Shown in pieces: positions 56,869 to 64,000 of a stretch of 64,000 nucleotides of DNA. The first letter of the stretch is position 1, and each line of letters opens with the position of its first letter. A program made the translations under genes and the position numbers. The notes under the pieces are model-generated. The model ran no database searches, was not told the origin of the DNA, and saw only the letters and a list, made by a program, of their open reading frames with translations. Source of the DNA: an uncultured Thalassospiraceae bacterium (GTDB lineage Bacteria > Pseudomonadota > Alphaproteobacteria > Rhodospirillales > Casp-alpha2); contig CAZQZB010000004.1 of NCBI GenBank assembly GCA_964597695.1, positions 14,001 to 78,000 on the forward strand, given 5' to 3'.

Positions 56869-57038
56869 TTTTTTCAGGCCCTTTGCTAAATTTTCCTGCG
56901 GCCCTCCTCGGACTGTTGGCAAACCGCATGGTCTAAGAAACCACGCGAAGGCAGCGACAGAGTTCATTGATATTTCGAAACAATCCCATGAAATGCTGAC
57001 GAATCAAGAAAGTGCCGCTGGCGCCGGCGATAGGCGCC

Positions 57039-57899
57039 TTAGAACAATAACGCCAGTTCAACCGCCTCCTTTGGGTTCTTGAGTTCCAGCGCCCACATAT
57101 CAATGAAGCCGGCCTCGAAAAGGTGTGTACGGACGCTCAAGCGGTCGGCCTTGGCGACGGGGCCGACGGCGACGCGGTAGACGGACAGGCCTCTGGCGGT
57201 GCCGGTCAGCACCTTCGCCGTCAGCCCTTCCTGGCGGGAGGCGAAGAGCTTGGCGTAGCCGATACGGCGGTAACTGGCAATGACGTAAAAAGTGCCGCCT
57301 TTAAGCGTCGTCTCCGTCGGTGCCGGGCCGGGGACCCGGGCGGCGGGGTTCGGGGCCATTTCCGTCGGTTTGGCGGCAGCGATTACTACCGGCGGCGTTG
57401 GCTGCACCGACACCATGGGCACCGTCATCGGTGGAACGGGCGATGGCGTGCCCGGGGCTTCCGTTACCGCCGCCGGCCCGAAATTTGTCCAGGAAGGCTC
57501 TTGGCGGGCGGCGGCGACTTGCGTAGACTTGGGCGTGGACTTGGGCTCGTCGGACCCCCAAACGTACACATCCTCCTCCTTAAGAGGCACATCCACCGCG
57601 ACATTCGAATGGAATGACGCAGTTGCTTGCTCCACGGTCCTAGAGGCGGCCGTTTCGGTGCCGTTATCGCGACATACGTTTTCGCCATTGAGGCCGCGCC
57701 AAACGGCGCAGTCCTGGCCGGCAACCGAAGACAGGGCATGATCGCCGAGGGTTTTCTCGGTAGTGAGTAACGATAGACCGTCGGCGAACAGCGAGGCGAT
57801 CTGCACACCCATGGGCATGCCACATCCGCCAAGGACAAGCGGCGCCAGGGCGACGGCGAGCGAACGAATACGTCGGCGGTTTATTTTCTTATACCCCAA
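57039..57899 (-). CDS. SPOR-domain lipoprotein
   Basis: 286 aa. The signal peptide with lipobox is LVLGGCG, followed by a Pro-rich linker. The C-terminal SPOR domain is GGTFYVIASYRRIGYAKLFASRQ...VYRVAVGPVAKADRLSV. Confidence 0.8.
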   Translation of the reverse strand: MGYKKINRRRIRSLAVALAPLVLGGCGMPMGVQIASLFADGLSLLTTEKTLGDHALSSVAGQDCAVWRGLNGENVCRDNGTETAASRTVEQATASFHSNVAVDVPLKEEDVYVWGSDEPKSTPKSTQVAAARQEPSWTNFGPAAVTEAPGTPSPVPPMTVPMVSVQPTPPVVIAAAKPTEMAPNPAARVPGPAPTETTLKGGTFYVIASYRRIGYAKLFASRQEGLTAKVLTGTARGLSVYRVAVGPVAKADRLSVRTHLFEAGFIDMWALELKNPKEAVELALLF

Positions 57900-58484
57900 T
57901 GTTGGCGGTGCCCTATTAACGCCGTTTTTTTAATTGCCCCGAAGGATTAACCGAAACCCCTTAACAATTGGTAACGACCCTTCGTTTCCCCTCCCCCTCA
58001 GGGATTTTTTGGGTCTGATGGTCGGCCCACGAAATGAGCTTCATAAGTCTCAAAGCGGTGCCGGTGAGAAGGGTCAGAAATAGGATTCCCATTCCTGACA
58101 TGACCGGTACCCTATTTTTGGTGTCGTTGGCGCCCGACATTAAAGAGGGGCCGCAGGCGGCCCCTTCCAGGACGGATTCTTGATCACCTGGTCGATGGCT
58201 TCTTTCTGCTCGGGCGTGAGCGTATCCATCACCCAATCAGGGAGACGTTCAAAAAGCCAGTTGGCCTGGGCCGCCTCCACCACCATGTCGGACGTCAGGG
58301 TTCATCCTGGGGCGCAATTGGAACCCCCTCGGGAGGTTCCCGCAGTTTAGCGGTTCGGCCTCAGTATGCCCATGATTCCATTGATGCATTTTTCTTAAAT
58401 AATCACGAAACCATTGAAAAAATTAAACACTAGTCTAGCCTTTTAGATATTTTCCGAAAAACGGCCGCTGGCGAGGGGGAACAC

Positions 58485-61400
58485 ATGCCGGTCGACCTCG
58501 AACGGCGAAAAGCCGATCTCATCAAGAAAGCCTCGGCCGAAAGCCGAAAACGGCTGACCAAAACCGCCCGGAACCGCTTCAAGGGGTTTCTTTCCGGTTA
58601 TTACTGGAACGTTCCGCCTCAGGACATCGCGAACAATAACCCCGGGACTCTCTTTAGTCTGGCCCAGGGACACTGGGAACTGGGCGCCATCCGGCCCCCC
58701 GGGATACCCTTGGTCCGCGTGTTTAACCCGGATCAAAGGAAAGAAGGCTGGGTTTCCGAACATACCATCGTTGAAATCATCATTGACGACATGCCGTTCC
58801 TGGTCGATTCGGTAGCGGCTGAGCTGAATCGTCAGAAACTGACGGTGCATCTGGTAATTCACCCGATCTTAAACGTGCGGCGCAACAAGGCCGGAAAATT
58901 CCTCGAAACCGTCAAGGGCGGGGGGCCCAATAACAAAACCCTCGCCGAATCGTTCATGCACCTGCAGGTAACTCATCTCTCGGGGAACCGGCTGAAAGAC
59001 ATCGAACGTGGCATCAAAAGCGTTCTTAGGGACGTGCGCTCAGCGGTCAGGGACTGGCGCGCCATGCGGGCCAGGCTGGCAGGACTGATCGATGAGTTGG
59101 AGACCGTTCCCACCGGCGTCCACCCGGAGGAAGCGGCTGAAATCCGCGAGTTTCTTCGCTGGATTAACGACGACAAGTATTTGCTTCTGGGTTTCCGCGG
59201 TTATCACCATAAAGGCCGCGGCAAGAATGCCCGCATCACCGTCGACAAGAAATCCGGCCTCGGCATCCTCCGCGACCCAAACCTCGTTGTGTTCAAGGAA
59301 ATACGGGAACTGAAATCCGCGTCACGGGAAGTGAAGGAATTCGTCGCTTCGCCCAAGTTGCTGATGGTGACCAAGACCAACTACCGGTCCACCATCCACC
59401 GGTCGGTCCACATGGACGCCATCGGGATCAAGCAGCTCGATGCCAAGGGCCGCGTTATCGGCCAGCGTTTGTTCGTCGGACTCTTCACATCCGAAGCCTA
59501 TAGCCTTAGCCCCCGGAACATCCCGTTGCTCCGCCGCCGCCTTCAGAGGACCTTGACCCGCGCCGGGTTCCCGGCTTTGAGCCACGATCACAAGGCGTTG
59601 GCGCATATTCTCGAAACCTTCCCCCGGGACGAGCTGTTCCAAATTTCGGACGAACACCTGTTCAACACCAGCCTCGGCATCCTGAACCTGCAGGACCGCC
59701 GGCAAGTGGCGATTTTCGTCCGTTGCGATGATTTCGAACGCTTCTTCTCGTGCCTGATTTTCGTGCCCCGCGACCGTTATACGATGGCGCTCAGACAAGC
59801 CATGCAAAAAATCCTGACCGACGCCTTCGACGGCGAGGTCGCCGCCCACTATGTGCAATTAGGCGATTCGTTGCTGGCGCGGCTGCAAGTCATCATCCGT
59901 ACCACGCCGGGGAAAATCCCGGCTTATGACATCGACGAAATCAAGGCCCGCCTGGTCGAGGCTGCCCGTTCGTGGCAGGACCGGCTCTCGGACGCGCTGG
60001 AGGAAGAACACGGCGAAGAACGGGGCCGGGAGCTGCTGGAGCGCTATGGGGACGCCTTCGGGTCCGGCTATCGTGAGGCATACGGCGTTGCCCAGACGTT
60101 GATTGACATCACGCAAATCGAACAGGTGTTGGCAACGGGCGAAATCGGCATGAACCTCTACCGCCGGCCTGGCACGCCCCGGAGCAAAATCCGCTTCATG
60201 GTCTATCACCCGGACCGGCCGATACCGCTTTCGGATGTGTTGCCGTTATTCGAGCACATGGGCTTCAGGGTGATTGACGAATCGCCCAACGACGTGGTGT
60301 TCGGAAAAGAAGACAACCGCGAAGTGATGATCCACGACTTCGGGCTCGAATCCAAGGACGGCTCGGACGTCGACCCGGACGGCATCCGCGATCATTTCCA
60401 GGACGCATTTCGCCGCGTTTGGCTGGGCGAAACCGAAAGCGACGGCTTCAACGCGCTGGTGCCCTTCGCCGGCATGACCTGGCGTGAGGTGGTGATCCTC
60501 AGGGCGTACTCCAAGTACCTGCGCCAAGCTGGCATCGCCTTTTCTCAGGCCTATATGGAACAGACCCTTGCCAACAACGGGGCCTTGGCGCAACTAATCG
60601 TCGATCTTTTCATGACCCTGTTCGATCCCGCCCAGGCCAAGGGCAGAGAGGCACGGAAGAAACGCCTCAAGGGACGCTTGGCGCGGGGCCTGGATGCAGT
60701 GGTCAGCGCCGACGAAGACCGTATTTTACGCCGTTTCCTCAACGTCGTGGACTCGTCCCTTCGCACTAATTTCTTTCAAACGGCAGCCGATGGCGGGGCC
60801 AAGGAATACCTATCGTTCAAGCTCGATTCCAAGGCCATCGACGAACTGCCATTGCCGAGGCCGTTGCGCGAGATTTTCGTCTACAGCCCGCGCGTCGAGG
60901 GCATACACCTGCGTTTCGGGATGGTCGCCCGCGGCGGGCTGAGGTGGTCGGACCGGCGCGAGGACTTCCGTACCGAAATCCTGGGCCTGTGCAAGGCGCA
61001 ACAGGTCAAGAACGCGGTCATCGTGCCGGTGGGCTCGAAAGGCGGTTTCGTCGTCAAGCGACCGCCCCAGGGCGGGGGACGGGACGCCTTCCTCGAGGAA
61101 GGCATCCGGTGTTACAGGACCTTGATCTCGGGGCTTCTGGATCTCACCGACAACTTCGAGGGCACCAAAGTGGTCAAACCCCCAAACGTGGTCAGGCGTG
61201 ACGGCGACGACCCTTATCTGGTGGTCGCAGCCGACAAGGGCACGGCCAGCTTTTCCGATATCGCCAACGGTGTCAGCGAAGAATACGGCCATTGGCTGGG
61301 CGATGCGTTCGCGTCGGGCGGCAGCCATGGCTACGACCACAAGAAAATGGGAATCACGGCGCGCGGCGCCTGGGAGTCGGTGAAACGCCACTTCCGCGAG

Positions 61401-63338
61401 ATCGGCGTCAACATCCAAAAAAAGGATTTCACCGTTCTCGGTGTCGGCGACATGGCCGGCGACGTGTTCGGCAACGCCATGCTCCTGTCGAAGCACATCA
61501 AGCTGGTTGGCGCCTACAACCACATGCACCTCTTCGTCGATCCGGACCCCGATCCGGAGAAAAGCTTCGCCGAGCGCAAACGGCTGTTCAACCTGCCGCG
61601 CTCGGCCTGGACCGATTATTCGGAGAAGCTGATTTCCAAGGGTGGCGCCATATTCGAACGTAGCGCCAAATCGCTGACCCTGTCGCCGGAAATCAGGGCG
61701 CTCTTCGACATCGCCAAGGACCGGGTGACGCCCAATGAATTACTGCGCCACATGCTGAGGGCCAAGGTCGATCTTCTCTGGTTCGGCGGTATCGGCACCT
61801 ATATCAAGGCGTCTGGAGAATCCGACTTCGACGTGGGGGACCGCACCAATGACGCCGTTCGCGTCAACGGCGAAGACCTCCGCTGCCTTGTCATCGGCGA
61901 GGGCGCCAACCTGGGCGCGACGCAACTGGGGCGCATCGAGTATGCGCTTAAGGGCGGACGCCTGAACACGGATTCCATCGACAACTCCGCCGGCGTCGAT
62001 TGCTCGGATCATGAGGTCAACATCAAAATCCTGATCGATACGGTAATCGCCGAGGGCAGGCTTACGGTCAAGGACCGCAACAAGCTACTGGCCAGTATGA
62101 CCAACGAAGTGGGGGCGCTGGTGCTGGGTCACAACTATGCCCAGACCCAGGCCATGACCATGGTCGAGACCCGGGGCGTACAATCCCTCGACAACCAGAT
62201 TCGCCTGATGCGGATGCTGGAAAGGACCGACCGGCTGAACCGGGCGGTGGAATTCCTGCCCGACGACGAGACGCTGGATGAACGCCAAGTGGAGAAAAAA
62301 GGCCTCACCCGTCCTGAAATCGCCATCCTGATTTCGTATTCGAAGATCTGGCTCTATGACGAGTTGTTGGTGTCGGACTTGCCGGACGATCCGCAACTGA
62401 TCGAGGATTTGGTACAGTATTTCCCGACGCCCTTGAGGGTGAAATACTTAGATGACATCCGCCGGCACCGGCTGTGCCGCGAAATCATCGCCACCCGAGT
62501 CACCAACTCCATGATCAACCGGGTCGGCAGCTCCTTCGTTACCGAGTACATGGAGAAAACTGGCAAAAGCGCGCCCGAGATCGCTCGCGCCTATATTATC
62601 GCCAGAGAGATATTCCGGCTCCGCGATTTATGGGACGCCATAGAAAAACTAGACAACCGCGTGCCGACGCTGGCACAGGCGGCCATGATCCTCGATTCAA
62701 ACCACCTGGTCGAATGGGTGACGCTGTGGTTTCTGCGCAACGGCAAGCCGGGCCTCGACATCGGCACCCACGTGAAGGAGTTCCGGGCCGGCATCGCCAC
62801 CCTCGCCGACGGGCTTTCGGGAGCGCTGCCGCGCCATTACCTTCTCGATATCAAGAAACGCGCCCAGCCCTACATCGACCAGGGGGTACCAGACGCACTA
62901 GCGCTCCGCATCGGCAACCTGGTGAACCTCTATTCGGGCTGCGACATAGTGCGCCTGGCCAACCGGCGCAAGCTCAAGGTGTTGAACGTGGCCAGGATGT
63001 ATTTCGCCGTCGGTACCCGGTTCCACCTTGGGCATCTGCGCGGAGCGGCAGAAACCATGGGCGCCGACAGCCATTGGCAGCAACTGGCGGTGGCCGCCCT
63101 GATCGAGGAAATTTACAGCCACCAGTTGGCACTTTCCCGCCAGGTGCTCGATTTCGCCGATGGCAAATGGGACCCGGAAAAGGCCATCACGGCATGGGCC
63201 GCAAAAAACCAGGCCGCCGTCGAGCCCACCGATCAACTGTTGTCGGAACTGTGGGCGACGGAGATCGACGACCTGTCCATGATCGCCGTCGCCAGCCGTT
63301 CGCTGAGGGACATGGCGGACGCTGGCCCGGATTCGTAA
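58485..63338 (+). CDS. gdhB: NAD-specific glutamate dehydrogenase, large (~180 kDa) class
   Basis: 1617 aa. The length and conserved catalytic core (FVYSPRVEGIHLRFGMVARGGLRWSDR...KNAVIVPVGSKGGF...DKGTASFSDIAN...GVGDMAGDVFGN) match the Bac_GDH family. Confidence 0.95.
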   Translation: MPVDLERRKADLIKKASAESRKRLTKTARNRFKGFLSGYYWNVPPQDIANNNPGTLFSLAQGHWELGAIRPPGIPLVRVFNPDQRKEGWVSEHTIVEIIIDDMPFLVDSVAAELNRQKLTVHLVIHPILNVRRNKAGKFLETVKGGGPNNKTLAESFMHLQVTHLSGNRLKDIERGIKSVLRDVRSAVRDWRAMRARLAGLIDELETVPTGVHPEEAAEIREFLRWINDDKYLLLGFRGYHHKGRGKNARITVDKKSGLGILRDPNLVVFKEIRELKSASREVKEFVASPKLLMVTKTNYRSTIHRSVHMDAIGIKQLDAKGRVIGQRLFVGLFTSEAYSLSPRNIPLLRRRLQRTLTRAGFPALSHDHKALAHILETFPRDELFQISDEHLFNTSLGILNLQDRRQVAIFVRCDDFERFFSCLIFVPRDRYTMALRQAMQKILTDAFDGEVAAHYVQLGDSLLARLQVIIRTTPGKIPAYDIDEIKARLVEAARSWQDRLSDALEEEHGEERGRELLERYGDAFGSGYREAYGVAQTLIDITQIEQVLATGEIGMNLYRRPGTPRSKIRFMVYHPDRPIPLSDVLPLFEHMGFRVIDESPNDVVFGKEDNREVMIHDFGLESKDGSDVDPDGIRDHFQDAFRRVWLGETESDGFNALVPFAGMTWREVVILRAYSKYLRQAGIAFSQAYMEQTLANNGALAQLIVDLFMTLFDPAQAKGREARKKRLKGRLARGLDAVVSADEDRILRRFLNVVDSSLRTNFFQTAADGGAKEYLSFKLDSKAIDELPLPRPLREIFVYSPRVEGIHLRFGMVARGGLRWSDRREDFRTEILGLCKAQQVKNAVIVPVGSKGGFVVKRPPQGGGRDAFLEEGIRCYRTLISGLLDLTDNFEGTKVVKPPNVVRRDGDDPYLVVAADKGTASFSDIANGVSEEYGHWLGDAFASGGSHGYDHKKMGITARGAWESVKRHFREIGVNIQKKDFTVLGVGDMAGDVFGNAMLLSKHIKLVGAYNHMHLFVDPDPDPEKSFAERKRLFNLPRSAWTDYSEKLISKGGAIFERSAKSLTLSPEIRALFDIAKDRVTPNELLRHMLRAKVDLLWFGGIGTYIKASGESDFDVGDRTNDAVRVNGEDLRCLVIGEGANLGATQLGRIEYALKGGRLNTDSIDNSAGVDCSDHEVNIKILIDTVIAEGRLTVKDRNKLLASMTNEVGALVLGHNYAQTQAMTMVETRGVQSLDNQIRLMRMLERTDRLNRAVEFLPDDETLDERQVEKKGLTRPEIAILISYSKIWLYDELLVSDLPDDPQLIEDLVQYFPTPLRVKYLDDIRRHRLCREIIATRVTNSMINRVGSSFVTEYMEKTGKSAPEIARAYIIAREIFRLRDLWDAIEKLDNRVPTLAQAAMILDSNHLVEWVTLWFLRNGKPGLDIGTHVKEFRAGIATLADGLSGALPRHYLLDIKKRAQPYIDQGVPDALALRIGNLVNLYSGCDIVRLANRRKLKVLNVARMYFAVGTRFHLGHLRGAAETMGADSHWQQLAVAALIEEIYSHQLALSRQVLDFADGKWDPEKAITAWAAKNQAAVEPTDQLLSELWATEIDDLSMIAVASRSLRDMADAGPDS

Positions 63339-63362
63339 CAACATCATCACGGTATCGAAACA

Positions 63363-64000
63363 ATGACCGCTGGGCTTGAAGGAGAGGGGCAAAAGGCTTC
63401 CAGGCTCGGGCTTTTTGGCTGGTGTCTTTACGACTGGGCCAATTCGGCCTTTCCGACCGTCATCATCACCTTCGTTTTCGCCCCCTATTTCACCAAGGCG
63501 ATCGCGACCGACGAGATCACCGGCACCTCTCAATGGGGGTACGCCATTAGCCTTTCGGCCCTGGCGGTGGCGGTCCTGGGGCCTTTTTTCGGAGCCATCG
63601 CCGATCACGGCGGCCGCCGCAAGCCCTGGATTGGCACCTTCACTGCCCTTTGCATCGCCGCCTCGGCGGCATTGTGGCTGGCCCGGCCCGACACCGGCTT
63701 CGTGATGTTGGCCCTGGTCCTGGTCGGAGTTGGCAACTTCGCCTTCGAAATGGGCATGGTTTTTTACAACGCCATGCTTCCCGGCCTGGCTCCGAAGGGC
63801 CGGATGGGGCGGCTTTCGGGGTGGGGCTGGGGATTGGGCTATGCCGGCGGACTGGTGTGTCTGATGCTGGCCTTGGTGGCCTTGGTCGAGGCGGAGGTCC
63901 CGGTCTTCGGGCTCGACAAGGACGGGGCCGAACACCTGCGGGCGACGGGCCCCCTGGTGGGGGCGTGGATGGCCGTCTTCGCGGTGCCGTTTTTCCTGTT
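63363..64000 (+). CDS. MFS transporter, UMF1/Atg22-like family (N-terminal part; continues past window end)
   Basis: The ORF is absent from the track because it is open at the window edge. My translation from ATG 63363 gives MTAGLEGEGQKASRLGLFGWCLYDWANSAFPTVIITFVFAPYFTKAIA...GAIADHGGRRKPW...FYNAMLP, the typical UMF1 family N-terminus. Confidence 0.8.
   Translation, partial: MTAGLEGEGQKASRLGLFGWCLYDWANSAFPTVIITFVFAPYFTKAIATDEITGTSQWGYAISLSALAVAVLGPFFGAIADHGGRRKPWIGTFTALCIAASAALWLARPDTGFVMLALVLVGVGNFAFEMGMVFYNAMLPGLAPKGRMGRLSGWGWGLGYAGGLVCLMLALVALVEAEVPVFGLDKDGAEHLRATGPLVGAWMAVFAVPFFL

Noticed and set aside
57961-58236. 91-aa minus-strand ORF as listed in the track
   Set aside because: Its N-terminal third overlaps, in another frame, the 48-codon ORF described in the findings and has no recognisable features. 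Only the C-terminal 59 codons, with one TM helix, are even weakly plausible. Those are kept as a low-interest finding rather than a feature.
1-64000. Search for CRISPR arrays, rRNA genes, IS elements or transposases, integrases, phage modules, toxin-antitoxin pairs and known defence systems
   Set aside because: I found no direct-repeat/spacer arrays, no transposase, integrase or recombinase-like ORFs, and no nuclease/ATPase/methylase clusters. Essentially every ORF of credible length has a housekeeping assignment in conserved alphaproteobacterial synteny.

Overview
This is a gene-dense, high-GC chromosomal segment with about 60 protein genes and 1 tRNA. Gene content and order look alphaproteobacterial, of the Rhodospirillales type. 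The window spans the replication-origin region. An AT-rich 401-bp gap carrying DnaA boxes lies directly upstream of hemE (22562-22962). It is flanked by the usual origin-proximal genes: maf, hemE-hemH-hemJ, rho, mnmE, mnmG, rsmG, and parA-parB with two consensus parS sites. Gene orientation flips at the gap. The left arm holds the lpoA/rsmI/yraN/BON cluster, gshB, a his operon (hisB-DUF2628-hisH-hisA-hisF-hisE-HIT), hslVU, smr, lutABC, mltA, fxsA-secB, dnaQ, coaE and aroE. The right arm holds holA, lptE, leuS, ribA, a response regulator, lolA, ftsK, amtB-glnK, a ubiquinone hydroxylase, tRNA-Gly(GCC), a giant NAD-glutamate dehydrogenase and a partial MFS transporter. I found no CRISPR array, rRNA, transposase, integrase, phage genes or recognisable defence genes. 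Four things are not explained by ordinary annotation. (1) An XRE-type HTH domain is translated in frame with hisB, behind a 21-bp perfect palindrome in an AT island. (2) Two 104-bp inverted repeats (about 94% identical, each with internal hairpins) bracket a DUF971-Trm112 gene pair. (3) Two housekeeping genes are decayed: yraN has 2 in-frame stops, and a DapC-like aminotransferase has 2 in-frame stops plus 2 frameshifts. (4) Several structured or unexplained non-coding gaps remain. I did not find a convincing novel multi-gene system, and the candidates below are flagged with their uncertainty. Many long ORFs in the track are antisense or alternative-frame shadows typical of GC-rich DNA and were ignored. 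Several starts were moved downstream of the longest-ORF start on the basis of family N-termini, signal peptides or neighbouring stop codons.
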